The translations under genes and the position numbers were made by a program. The notes beneath the pieces were generated by a model. It worked only from the letters and a program-made list of their open reading frames with translations. It ran no database searches and was not told where the DNA came from. A DNA stretch of 52,272 nucleotides from positions 1 through 52,272 of the forward strand of contig JAAOMT010000528.1 in NCBI GenBank assembly GCA_016748015.1, read 5' to 3'. Origin of the DNA: Geosiphon pyriformis uo1 (Eukaryota > Fungi > Glomeromycota). Shown here one piece after another: positions 1 through 13,168 of this stretch; within the stretch, counting starts at the first letter, position 1, and each line of letters opens with the position of its first letter.

Positions 1-392
1 TTATTAGAAATATTGTTGGATTATGTCAACCTACAAACAACCGGAAAAGCAACAAAAGAAAAAAGATATATGGAGCGATTCCACAAGTATTTTGAAATAC
101 TTACTTTATTTTTGATATAATAAGATAATAATATGGGTTAAATAACCAAATTAATAAATATTTTAAATCACTATAAATTTTTGATATATATGTATATATA
201 TATATATATTGAAAATGATAAATATAAAAATATAGGTCAATCAGTACAAAAAATTGAAAATTGTAACAATATTTTATAAATAATATTTTGTAGTAACATA
301 AAATAATTTAGCATATAAAAATGTTATAACTTTTAATTTAACAAATAACCATAAATATGTAACAAAAATTACTTTTATTTTTGATTTGATCA

Positions 393-1203
393 NNNNNNNN
401 NNNNNNNNNNNNNNNNNNNNNNNNNNNNNNNNNNNNNNNNNNNNNNNNNNNNNNNNNNNNNNNNNNNNNNNNNNNNNNNNNNNNNNNNNNNNNNNNNNNN
501 NNNNNNNNNNNNNNNNNNNNNNNNNNNNNNNNNNNNNNNNNNNNNNNNNNNNNNNNNNNNNNNNNNNNNNNNNNNNNNNNNNNNNNNNNNNNNNNNNNNN
601 NNNNNNNNNNNNNNNNNNNNNNNNNNNNNNNNNNNNNNNNNNNNNNNNNNNNNNNNNNNNNNNNNNNNNNNNNNNNNNNNNNNNNNNNNNNNNNNNNNNN
701 NNNNNNNNNNNNNNNNNNNNNNNNNNNNNNNNNNNNNNNNNNNNNNNNNNNNNNNNNNNNNNNNNNNNNNNNNNNNNNNNNNNNNNNNNNNNNNNNNNNN
801 NNNNNNNNNNNNNNNNNNNNNNNNNNNNNNNNNNNNNNNNNNNNNNNNNNNNNNNNNNNNNNNNNNNNNNNNNNNNNNNNNNNNNNNNNNNNNNNNNNNN
901 NNNNNNNNNNNNNNNNNNNNNNNNNNNNNNNNNNNNNNNNNNNNNNNNNNNNNNNNNNNNNNNNNNNNNNNNNNNNNNNNNNNNNNNNNNNNNNNNNNNN
1001 NNNNNNNNNNNNNNNNNNNNNNNNNNNNNNNNNNNNNNNNNNNNNNNNNNNNNNNNNNNNNNNNNNNNNNNNNNNNNNNNNNNNNNNNNNNNNNNNNNNN
1101 NNNNNNNNNNNNNNNNNNNNNNNNNNNNNNNNNNNNNNNNNNNNNNNNNNNNNNNNNNNNNNNNNNNNNNNNNNNNNNNNNNNNNNNNNNNNNNNNNNNN
1201 NNN
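393..1203. other. Assembly gap (N run)
   Basis: Run of N bases. Confidence 0.99.
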
Positions 1204-1707
1204 ATTTGTTTTAATTGTATTACATTTATTCTTGCATAATTTTTTTCAATTGTTGTTTGGTTTTAAGAAATTATCCGACTGATGTATTTTGGACTTTACA
1301 ACAAAATTTAAAATATTACATTTTAAACATATTCATCTATTTGGTATGGGGCTTAAATTTTTGCTGAGATATTTATTTTTCATATGCCAAATTGACTTAT
1401 TAATATACTATTAGAAATTTTTCTTTTCATATCAAGTTTTTCTGTTATTGCAAAGTAATACTATATTAAATAAATAAATTTATTACTGTTAATCAACTAT
1501 AATAAATATTGATCTTCGAATTATCTATCTTTAGTTTAAAAAAATTTACCATGCACATTCGATTTGTTTTGATAAGAAAACAATTTACAGTTAATAAATA
1601 AAAATGAGGTAGGTGAATTAAAATAAATACGTTTTCAATTCCTTTAACTAATAAAACCATATATAATAATTTTTATAAACAGCCAATTTTTTATTCAAAT
1701 TATTCAT

Positions 1708-4706
1708 CTATTTTAAACTATTTTATAGTTAGATATTGATAAAAATATCATTAGTAAAATAAATTAAAAGTACTTACTGATTTGGTTAAGGGTGTCTTTA
1801 TTCGTATGACTAATGTTAATAGAAAAATCCAGATCTGAAAAAAAAATGCTTAAATCAAAAAAATTCTTAACCATCAAATATGATAAATGAAAGTCTTACC
1901 ACTCATTGAACATGTAAAGTTTGAAATTAATTAACTTTTATATCTTGTTGCATTATGTTAAGCATCTTTTATCTCTTCAGAATTAAGATTTTTCTCACGG
2001 ACGAGTTCATTTAAATGACAATTATTATGAGCAGCAATAACTTTTTGTTGAAGTTCTTCTGCACTATCACAACAAGACGAATTATATTGCCAATTTTTTT
2101 CAATTATTTCTTAAATACATTGAGGTGTATGTTTCTTGATTGTAGAACGCTTTTCTTTAATCACATCAAGTAGTACGTCAATAGGATCAATATTATTCAA
2201 AGATCTTTCTCCCGATATAATTTTATATGAAATGATAGCAAAGCTGTATATATTGCTATACTTAGTATGAGAACCCTCTTTGCAAATCTCGGGCACAAGA
2301 TACTCAAGAACACCATAAGTGTTTCCAGATTGTGAAGTGTCATCTGCAGGACAACAGAATTCAAGATCAGAAATGACAACTTTTAAGGGGTTTGTTTTCA
2401 AAACAAGGATATTTCCAGGATGCAAGTCCCCATGCACCAGTTTTGATCTTGTATAAATCTTAGGCCACCAGTGATTTGAAAAAGAATACGAAGAAACATG
2501 TCCCAAGTAAGAATATCTTTATTCAACTTGAGAAAAGCTCTGAGGTCCTCATATTCCGCAAATGGTAAAATCATAACAAATTCATCGGTTTTAACATCTT
2601 TGGTTATTCCATAGCATTCAAAAATGTATTTGCAAGAGGCACTTGAAAGATGCGCAATAAACTATTTCAATAAGTTTCTAGTGTTAGAAAAAAAAGTTAT
2701 GATAATAAAAATCACATAAATTTCTTAAAAGAAAATACCTCATCTGAATTAATATATTTTATATTCTGGCTATCTTTAATATACTTCAAAGCAACTTTTG
2801 TAATCCCAATATGTTCATACTTTTGATTTTTTTTTTCCCAAAATAGAATTCTGTCTCTCTTCCAACCATCTTTTTTAACAATGCCAAATCCTGCCTCTCC
2901 CACTTTATCTAAAAATTTGATCTCGTTGGAAGAAATTCATTCTAAACATGCTCTAGAACTTTTAGCAATATGCTGTATATGCCCTATATACTCATCAATA
3001 ATATCATTTCTGCTACTTCATGTATCATAAATGGTTGATAATCATAATGATTCACAAGAATTACACCAAAGTGAATCTTTTAATGTGTCATCACATTCTG
3101 AACATTTCGGCAAGCCTGCTTCAAAAACATTATCATAACTATTATCAGTATTACAAAATGGACATATAGGAGATCCATTAATGATTATACCCAAGTTGCC
3201 ATATCTAAAACACTTGAATTCATTTAAAAGCTGGTCAAAGAAAGCTTCAAAATCTAAAAATTCTCCTTTCAGATTATTTGGGTATTTTAAGCCTTGATTT
3301 TGGAATCGTAAAATAATATATTCCAGATTGTTTTGATCTTTTAGAGTAAGGTTATAGACATTCAATTCAGGAAAATCACTTTGATAACATAAGTTATCTG
3401 CTTCCGCTGCTTTTAAATAGAGTTCAAATGCTTTTTCTAATTTTTTTGTGGTTCCTCATTCTTTTTGATAACACCATTCGAGATTATACTGTGTATTTTG
3501 ATTTCCTGCTTCTGCTGTTTTTATATAGAATTGAAATGTTTCTTCTAGATTTTTCACTGTTCCCCATCCATTTTGGTGATCTTTTATTGTTTCTAGTTTA
3601 TTTAGATAATATGTTCTAAGTTCGACTTGTCCAAGTATACTTCCAGTCTCTGCAGCTTTTGAATAGAATTCAAATGCTTTTTCATCATTTTTTGTCATTC
3701 CAATTCCATCTTCATAACAAGATGCAAGACTGATTTGTGCATCAAAATCTCCCATTTTTGCAGCTTTTGAATAGAGTTCAAATGCTTTTTCATCATTTTT
3801 TGTCATTCCAATTCTATTTTCATAACAAGATGCAAGACTGATTTGTGCAAGTGTATTATCCACTTTTGCAGCTTTTAAATAGAGCTCAAATGCTTTTTCA
3901 TCATTTTTTGTCATTCCAATTCCTTTAATATAACAAATTGCAAGACTGATTTGAGCATTTAAATCTCCCGCCTCTGCAGCTTTTGAATAGAGTTCAAATG
4001 CTTTTTCTGAATTTTTTGTCGTTCCCCTTCCATTCACATAACAAAGTGCAAGATTGTATTGTGCCTTTAAATGTCCCACCTCTGTAGCTTGTGAATAGAG
4101 TTTAAATGCTTTTTCTGAATTTTTTGTCGTTCTTTTTCCATCTTCATAACAAATTGCAAGATTGTATTGTGCAAATGTATTACCTGCCTTTGCAGCTTTT
4201 AAATAGAGTTCAAATGCTTTTTCTGAATTTTTTGTTATTCCTTCTTTATTATCATAACAAATTGCAAAATTGTTTTGTGCAAGTATATTACCCGCCTTTG
4301 CAGCTTTTGAATAGAGTTCAAATACTTTTCCTTGATCTTGTGAAGTACCAATTCTATTACCATAACAACACCCTAAGAAAAATTGTCCAAGTGAATCTTT
4401 TGCATTCACTTCTTTTTGAAATTCTAGAAATGCTTTTTTTAAATTAGGAATAATTCCAATCCCATGTTCTAAAAAAAAGCCAAGTAAAATATGATCTACT
4501 GAATGTTTTGAACTTTTATTATTCAAGTAATTGAATAAGTCTTCAGGTGTTTTTTGATTGTGCTCAAAATATATTTTCACCAAGTTAGCAACTTTTGAAT
4601 ATTCACTAGCTAGGAAAATGGCCAAATTTTTTTTTATAATAATCAATGCTCCTTCAAGCCAACCGAGGAGTGAAACTGTGTTTTTAATTAATAAAGTTAA
4701 AGACAT
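1708..4706 (-). pseudogene. Sel1-repeat + Cys-rich + protein kinase (TKL-like) gene, copy 1, disrupted
   Basis: About 10 Sel1 repeats (AQYNLAICYxxGxGTTKNSEKAFELYxKAA) at 3400-4500, then CxxC motifs (3042-3210). Kinase motifs GEAGFGIV, VALK, HGDLHPGNIL and YGVLEYLVPE follow. GT-AG introns at about 2662-2738 and 1835-1899. Several in-frame stops and frameshifts. The 3' end is approximate. Confidence 0.85.
3400..4400 (-). repeat. 108-bp tandem Sel1 coding repeats
   Basis: GCAGCTTTTGAATAGAGTTCAAATGCTTTTTC recurs about every 108 bp; units at about 3650-3960 are nearly identical. Confidence 0.9.
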
Positions 4707-7700
4707 GATTTAAATATTTTGTGTGGGTAAAGAAAGATTTTTGAGGAGTTTGTCTTGTTAATAAATAAGGATTTCACATTTCTAAAAAGGCTAGGTCTTG
4801 AAAAAATCTGAAATGGTAGAAAGTTCTGAAAATAGATGCTAATTTCATTTGCTTATTTACATTGCTTAAACTAATAGAGATCATCTGAAACTCAAATGAC
4901 TGTAAAAGGCTAAATGAAAACTTAACACTTTTAATTGGTTTCAATAGCTCATTGAATGCATAATCAAGTTCTAAGATTGCAGATGGTCCTAGCTGCTTGC
5001 AAAAATTATTTTTTAATGAGTAAATTTTATCTATCTTCTAAAATAATGCTAATTAAGTTTTCTTTGAGTTCCCAACAATTAGCTTCTGTGACGAATCTGA
5101 ATATTCTTGATTGTCATCTGTTTTATCCTTTTTAGCTTTATATTATCATTTCTAAATGTATCACTTTATCAATTGAAAACCAATTTTTTTCTTGTTTCAA
5201 AAATCTATTCATAACATCAAAATGGTTTTTTGCTGTATTATAAAGGTATTATTCAAATATGAGATTTCCTAGTCAAGGTTTTAAATTAGATTCTTCTGAT
5301 TGAAATTATAAGACCCTTGTGATTGGATTTTTTTAACATGTAAATTTTCCATTGATAAAATTTAGAAGCATACGATCATTCATGTATTAGTTTTTGCTGA
5401 CAAACACAATTCTCTTTTAGAAATGAATTTGCTGTAATCTTTGTAATCGTTCTATTGCTAATGTAACAATTAGTCATAACTTTTTTAAGAATTCAATAAA
5501 AAACAATTAAAAAGATTCTTAATTAAAATTATTAAAATAAAAAAATTAATTATTTTAAATTGAATTCCGAAATGCAAGATTTAAATTAAACTCTTGTGAT
5601 ATCAGGCTTTGATTTTTTGCTTTAGCTTAATAGATCATTTTTATTCAACAGAAGTTTATATTAACCAAAACCCGATTGCTAAAAATATTAGCAATATTGT
5701 TTAAATATCTGCTTTAATTTTATAAACATCATTTGGCATTATTATCAATCAATCAAATTTTGTTTATTTTAAAAAACAACATTTATATAATTAATGAAAC
5801 CTCGCTTAAAATTGTCAATAATCGCAATTATTAATTTCTTTTTTACTTTCAAAAAAATAGATAAACTAAATTCTTGATTTGAAATTTATAAAACAAAATA
5901 AACTATTAATATATTAATTGAGAGCCCTCTAAATTAAATTAAATTAAAAATCAATCAATCAATCACTTTTTTAAGAAAATTTTCTACTTTGTTAAAATTT
6001 ATTTATTTATAGTATATAATAATTAATATACAAATATTTAATTATTTACAACTTTCTCCAAAATAAACAACATAATAGATTTAAAATCTAATCATTTATC
6101 AACTTGTTCAACAATACCAGATAGAAATAAAAAAATATTCAGAATCAAAAAACTAGTTAAAAATTACATAATATCATCATTAAACTGTAAACATCTTCAA
6201 TAATTACTTAAGACTATATAAAATTTCATTGAGCATTTTTTTTCAAGGTATTTAAATTTTGTTTAGATGACAAAAAATTATGTTTTAATATAAACAATAA
6301 CAAAATAAAATTTTCAAAGAATGTATTAAAAAATTTAATTGATTTATACTCAATAATTTGATAAATTTATTATAAAACAAGTACTAATTGTAATAATTAA
6401 ATGCTAAAATGTAAAATTATTTGTATCAAACTTTATTTTGAAATTCTGTATTTATACAAAAATCTCATAATTTAAAGCTTTTATCACAATTAAAAAAAAA
6501 GTTACTTTAAATGAAAACATGCAAAAATATACTTGAATTTTATCTAAACCAATTTTCATTCAGCGTTCATTGAATCTACAAAAAAATAAACAAAAAATAT
6601 TTTGAATAAATATGCAAAAATTTTTCAGTAGCAAACAACATATTTTGAATGACGAGTAAGATATTTTAAGAAAAGGCAAGAATTAGCCCAGCCAAAGTAA
6701 TTCAGTAGACTTTAAATATAATGCCTTTTTTTATAGTTTAAAATGGTTTACCTAAATAAGATAAGGTAAAAGGAGGTAATTTGGAAAATCGAGGTATTGT
6801 GACGAATAGAATATTGTAGCAAAGTTAGCAAAATAATTCGCATGCGAGAATGTAACATGTAAAAGTATGCCATTTATGATCTCTTTTATCACAATCCATC
6901 ACAAATTATTAACTTCGGCAAAATACAAAATACCTTATGAAACTTCAAGAAAATTCAATTAAGACTCTTCGGATTCAGTGTATTTAATAAATATTATTAG
7001 ATAACTCAAAATATAGGTCAAAAGATTAAAAAAGATTATTTCTCAACACTTTTTCCTTTGTGACCATTAGATTTTTAACAAAGCTCTCATTTGATATTAT
7101 GAATTGCTATTTAAACGTATGATGATCCTTTCGCTCATTATAATATTTGTACATTTGTAGCTTTTCAAATTTTTGATCCGAATTGCGTCACAAAAGGCAT
7201 TAGTTTTTACAATTTTTAAGTGAAATAATATTTGAAACCTCACAAAATTTAGCTTTAAAATTTCATTTTCAATAAAGGAAGGTAATGTCTATTAAATACA
7301 CATTTATTTATTAAATAATATGTTATATTTGTTAAATTAATATTGTTTGACTTTTTTTTGATTTTAAACAAACAGATTTACCAGTTTTAACTAGAATTAT
7401 TACCATAATCTATTTTCAGAAGTTTTCTCATATTTTTTTATATAAATTTCAGTTTTATAATTATTTTAAAATTCGAAATAATTAAATATAGTCAAAACTT
7501 TTAGTAAAAGACTATCTGAAACAAGCCATCACCAATAAAAAGTGTAGGTTTTAATTTAAATTGGCAATGAGACAATTATAGCCTTTTTACCCTTTACAGT
7601 CATCGAGTTCCGAACGATCTCTACACGTCTATTTTCAGAACTTTTTCAGGATTGTGATTATAGGTTGCAAACCTTATTTATTAGCAAGAGGAACTCATTA

Positions 7701-7766
7701 AAAATCCTTCTTTACCCTTAAAAAATATTTAAAGTTTGATAATCCGTTTTTAGTTGCTTGAAAATC

Positions 7767-9410
7767 ATGTCTTCAACTTCATCAATTGAAAACGCAACTT
7801 CACCCCTCTGTCGGCTTGAAGGAGCATTGATTGTCATTAAAGAAAATTTGGCCATTTTTTCAGCTAGTGAATATTCAAAAGTTGCTGACTTGGTGAAAAT
7901 ATATCATGTGCACAATCAGAAAACATCTGAAAATTTATTCAATTATTTGAATAAAAGAAGTTCAAAGCATTCGATAGACCATATTTTACTCGGCTTTTCT
8001 TTAGAACATGGGATTGGAACTATTCCTAATTTAAGAAAAGCATTTCTAGAATTTCAGAAAGGAGCGAATGCAAAAGATTCACTTGGACAATTCTTCTTGG
8101 GACGTTGTTATGGTAATGGAATTGGTACTTCACAAGATCAAGGAAAAGCATATGAGCTTTATTCAAAGCAGCAGAGGCGGAAGATACGATTGCACAAAAA
8201 TCTCTTGGAAATTGTTATTTTTATGCATGGGGAACAACAAAAAATTCAGAAAAAGCATTTGAACTCTATTCAAAAGCAGCAGAGACGGGAAATTCAGATA
8301 CACAAAACAATCTTGCATCTTGCTATCAAAATGAATGGGAAGCTACAAAAAATTCAGAAAAAGCATTTGAACTCTATTCAAAAGCTGCAAAGGCGGGTAA
8401 TACACTTGCACAATACAATTTTGCAATTTGTTATGCTAATGGAGAAGGAACGACAAAAAATCCAGAAAAAGCATTTGAACTCTATTCAAAAGCTGCAGAG
8501 GCGGGACATACAAATGCGCAATTCAATCTTGCACTTTGTTATGATAATGGATTGGGAACAACGAAAAATCAGGAAAAAGCATTTGAACTCTATACAAAAA
8601 GTAGTAAATAATTCAGCATGGTGAAGTGAAACCTGAAACCTTTCAATTTAAAATTCCAAAATCGAAGTTTTAATTTTATCGAACAATTTTTAGCTTTGAA
8701 GCTATCTTAGACCAGCTTCCAGATGAATTCAAGTGTCTTAAGTGTGGCAATTCGAGCATAATGTTTCCTAGTTCTACTATTTGTCTGCTTTGTGACGCTA
8801 ATAATATTCTTGACGCCGACTTGCCGAAATGTCCAGAATGCTACAGCCCATCAAAAGATCCATTTTGGTGTGCATCTTGTGAATCATCCCGATTTTCAAA
8901 GACTTGGGGAACATGGACTAGCGGAAATTCAAATGTTGATCAGTATATAGAATACACACAGCGAGTTTCTGAAAGCTTTAGGGGCTGCCTGGAATGGATT
9001 TCTCCGGACGAGATTGAAATTTTGAATGAAGTGGGAGAGGGAGGATTTGGTGTTGTTAAAGAAGGCCGATGGGAGAGAGGCAAAATTCTATTTTGGGACA
9101 AGAAAAATCAAAAATATGAGCGAAGTGGTGTCACGAGAGTTGCTTTAAAATATCTTAAAAATAGCCAAAAAATGGCATATAACAATACAATTGAGGTAAT
9201 TTCATTTAATAAATTTTTTAGATTTTTATTATTCCCATTTTTTTCTAATACTTGAAACACATTGAAATAGATTGTTGCTCATCTTAAATGTGCCTCCTGC
9301 AAATACATCCTTCAATGCTATGGAATCACAAAAGACGCTACAAGCAATGAAATTGCTATGGTTTTACCATTTGCAGAACACGGGGATCTCAAAGCTTTTC
9401 TTAAAGTTAA
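7767..9410 (+). pseudogene. Sel1-repeat + Cys-rich + protein kinase gene, copy 2, frameshifted and 3'-truncated
   Basis: The N-terminus is close to copy 1 (LEGALIVIKENLAIFSASEYSKVA). About 6 Sel1 repeats, with a 1-bp deletion near 8165. Then CLLC/CPEC/WCASC, WTSGN, GEGGFGVV and VALK. The intron at 9196-9270 is in the same position as in copy 1. Similarity stops after HGDLKAFLK (~9408), so the catalytic loop is missing. Confidence 0.85.
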
Positions 9411-11053
9411 AGGGCATAATATCTCGATATGTCTAGTAATAAATCGATTGAGTAATACAGATGTTCGATCAACATATATCACATGTTATGTCACAGAAGG
9501 TCATGGAACTTTTTCATTCATGATAAAATCGTGTAACCTGCTGATTGAAGGAGAAGCTCAGAAAAGACATCACACCCCTTGGTCAGCATTTATATTCCGC
9601 TGTGGATACTCTATCTATTCGAGAATTGACTTGGAAAGACCCCCTAGCAAGCCAAATTATTAATGATGACTCAGAACTCGTAGAACGATTACCGAAAAAT
9701 CTAAAAAAAGCATTTATGGTATGTCATTAGTAATAATATATGTATAGAAACTACTTTGCTAGATTTTTTCACAACATACACAACTATAATATTCTATCGA
9801 TGCTCTCTAATAGAAACCCGCTCGACAGATGAAGCCTACTCTTTATACCGAAGGTCAAAGAAATGTGTGGATTTCGTATTTTGCTGTTTACGCTCTTTAA
9901 ATTGAAGGAAAATTAATGCTGGAACCTTGGACGTTGGAGTGTTAGATATCACTTGCTTTTTTTTATTAAATATTCTGTGATAAAATTAATTTCATCAAAT
10001 TAAAAAAAGAAATTAAATATTTACATTTTTCAGTTTTATTACTATAAGCAATGATAACTTGAAGTCTAATATTATTGAATTAATAAATATTATAATTAAA
10101 CTACATTCAAATTTGGAGTCATATTTGCATTAAAAAAATATTTTAATTAATTGAATACCAATTTATTTTAAAACATTTAATGTCAATTAAACAAATAATT
10201 ATTTGTCATATTTTTTATTTTAAAAAATTGTTAATATATTTAGAAATTTTTTTCAAAATCTTTATAAAAAAATATTTGAAATAAAAAAAATTAAAATCAT
10301 TATAATACTGAATATTTATTTTATTATCTATTTTTTTTAAAAAAATTTAGAAACTTATTAATAACCATGATTTGAAAATACTTTAAGAAAAAGTAGGAAT
10401 TGAATTGAAATAGATTTTTTTGAAAATGGTTTTTTTGAGTGTAATCCAAACATTATTTACTTACATACAACATGTAAACATTCCTATAATAGATGTGACT
10501 CATACGCTTGTTAAAATGTGATTAACCCTCCCGAGATTTATGTGTAAACACATTTTGAATACAAGTAATACGAGTTTATAATTTTGTTATGGTAAATTGC
10601 GAAAATAATAACACCTAAAATCAAATAAAGATTTATCACAAAACAAATTAAATTTTAAATCAATATTAATTTAAATTTTTAGCATAAAAATTCGCGATTC
10701 TAAAGTTAAATTAATTACTAATAATTGTTATATATTCAAGAACTTAATAAAAAGAATAAATTATCAGATTAGTAAATACCAATGTTTTAAAATATTTTAT
10801 CCTCACTAAAAATTAATCAAATTGAAAGCAGAAAATCATTTTTATTTCGAAATTTATTAATATTTTCTTTTATTTAAAATTTATATGCTTCAAAATATTG
10901 ATATAATAAGAAAAGTAAAATTAAATTTTATCCCTTTCAATATTCTCAATACCACTGTAAATATATTTTCTAAGCAAATTTTAAAAATTTCAGCATGACA
11001 TATTATACTAAAACAAAAATCTTTTAGCTGATAATTATTTAATTACGACGAAT

Positions 11054-11458
11054 CTACCACCATTGGTGCAACCACCAAGGGACACAAACACAGCATAGGA
11101 ACAAAGCCACAGGAACTAGGAACAACAACACACTTTTCACAATATATTGACCAGCTAAAGCGATAAATATAAGAGCATCAGCGACAATACCACTATAGGC
11201 CTTTAGCAGATGGTTTATTTTCTTACTCACTTAGTTTTTTTGGAATCTGATGAAGTGACGGCACATCATTATCCTTATTTTCAACGCAGTTAAGAAATCC
11301 TCCACTTCCTCCATCCCCTACTGCAGAGGGAAACTGAGAAGGAATACCTTAGCCTCATTGTGGCCTTGATTGAGCTTTCACCTCAGTTAAGGTATTAATA
11401 ACGATCAAGCAAAGAACAAAATGGTAATAAGAAAAAGATTAAAAGTTTTCTTGGCCAT
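11054..11458 (-). pseudogene. Small secreted Cys/Trp-rich peptide pseudogene (paralog of 12980-13168)
   Basis: Manual translation: MAKKTFNLFLITILFFA/LIVINTLTEVKAQ...WYCR*CSYIYRFSWSIYCEKCVVVPSSCG/../CVPWWLHQWW*. It has frameshifts and stops, and a TATA-like TATATAAAG lies about 90 bp upstream. Confidence 0.75.
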
Positions 11459-12979
11459 TTTGAAAAGTGAATCTTTAGAAATAACAATTGAAAATATTTA
11501 TTTGATTTCTAAGGTAACTTTAAAAATTAATCAACTGAGATGTTCTTTATATAAGAGTTTAAAAGTCATTTTATTTTTAACTAAAATTTATTATCTGAGC
11601 TTTTCTTTAAAAGGGAGTTTCATAGAATGCACAGTAATGAAAAAAGTCATTCATTATCGGATTCCGAAATAAATATAAACAAATAAATTTGGGGTTTTCA
11701 TATAAAATAATATTGAGTCATCAATTCAATGACGCTAGCTACAAAAATGTTGACATAATTTTGAAAACTTGGGATTTAATTTTTTTGGTCTTTACAATTA
11801 GAAAATTTTGAAACTAAATTATAAATTGAGAATGCGAACTCAAAAGTTAGTTACTTTCAAAATTTCAAAAATGCTGATCTTTTGCCCAGAAATTCTCAAA
11901 TTTTTTTTAGGTTCGACAGATATGAAATTCAGAAATGCTTCTTCAACTATAGAATATCAAATGCCATATATTCACTCGGGCTCAAAGTTTTCCTACTTTG
12001 CTTTTTTTTTGGGAAAAGTTAAAATCGACATCGAAAGTTCGTAATTGACAAAATTTGTTTAGAGATTTTCATAATAACTGTTGACCCATACAGAAGGTTT
12101 CAGAAAAACAAGTTAGATTAATTTTAATTTCCCTTTAAATAACAATTAATCATTTGAAAAGTTTTATTCACATAAATTCTATAATCTGTACAAAAAAACC
12201 GCAAATACTCTTTAGCGAAGAATGGATAAGATAAATTAACCGAAAAATATTCAGATAAACTTCGCACATAATTGTGGGAAGAAAATAATCCAAATTTCAG
12301 TGGGAGAGGCAAGTATGAAATTTCCAAATTTAAAGGAGCTTACAACTCAAGACGGTTAGAATCAGATGTATGTTGATTGTATCAGGAGGATCTTAATTTT
12401 ATTAGAAAATTATATTTTATTATATGATTTTTTAAAAAAAAAGGGAATTATGATACTATAATTGATCGGCGAAGATGAGATTATTTAAGGCAGATTTCCA
12501 AAATTAACTTTGGGAAGGCTCTCAATAAAAATTTCCTTTTATGAACTGAGAACGTATATCAATTTTATTTTTAGGCATTCTTAAACTCTAATGGGAAAAT
12601 TCTGAAAATTTTATTATTATACCAACTCTATTAATTTTATCTTTTGAACTCCTCTACTAGGAAGATGAGTTCACTTAAAAGCTTGACAAGCTATTCTTAA
12701 TTTGTTAATATCATAGTTTACGAAATTTAACGACAATGAAATTTAACGGAAACTGATGAATTAACTTTGATAAAAATATTTGTTAGATGTAGCTTATCTT
12801 TCTATAAATTTTTAATATTCACAACAACAAAATTTCTATCTTTTCTAATAGTAAATTTCGCTATAAAAGACTCCACTCAATCCATCAAATTTACAAATCA
12901 TTCTTGAAAACAGAAGCAGAAACAGAAACAAAAGTAAAAAAAACTCCTTAAACTAATAGTTTCAAAGATTCTTTCAAAA

Positions 12980-13168
12980 ATGATCAATAAAACTTTTAAT
13001 TTATTTTTCGTGGCTATTTTCCTTTTGGCATTAATTGCTGTCAACACCTTGANNNNNNNNNNNNNNNNNNNNTGGTTTTGCTGGACGCAATATAATAAGA
13101 AATGTATTGTTACATATAGAACCTGCCATCATTGTCCTAAACCTATTTGTGTTCGTTGGTGGCAGTAA
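12980..13168 (+). CDS. Small secreted Cys/Trp-rich peptide (middle hidden by N gap 13053-13072)
   Basis: Signal-peptide-like MINKTFNLFFVAIFLLALIAVNTL and C-terminal WFCWTQYNKKCIVTYRTCHHCPKPICVRWWQ*. TATAAAA at about 12862. Confidence 0.75.
   Translation: MINKTFNLFFVAIFLLALIAVNTLXXXXXXXWFCWTQYNKKCIVTYRTCHHCPKPICVRWWQ

Noticed and set aside
386-1282. 298-aa ORF
   Set aside because: It consists almost entirely of N bases.
5000-5470. Coding-like minus-strand fragment between the kinase genes
   Set aside because: Many stops and no recognisable motif.
11600-12140. Possible TTAA-flanked MITE (TTAAAAGGGA...TCCCTTTAA)
   Set aside because: The terminal match is too short and imperfect. The interior looks like DNA-transposon debris but cannot be bounded.
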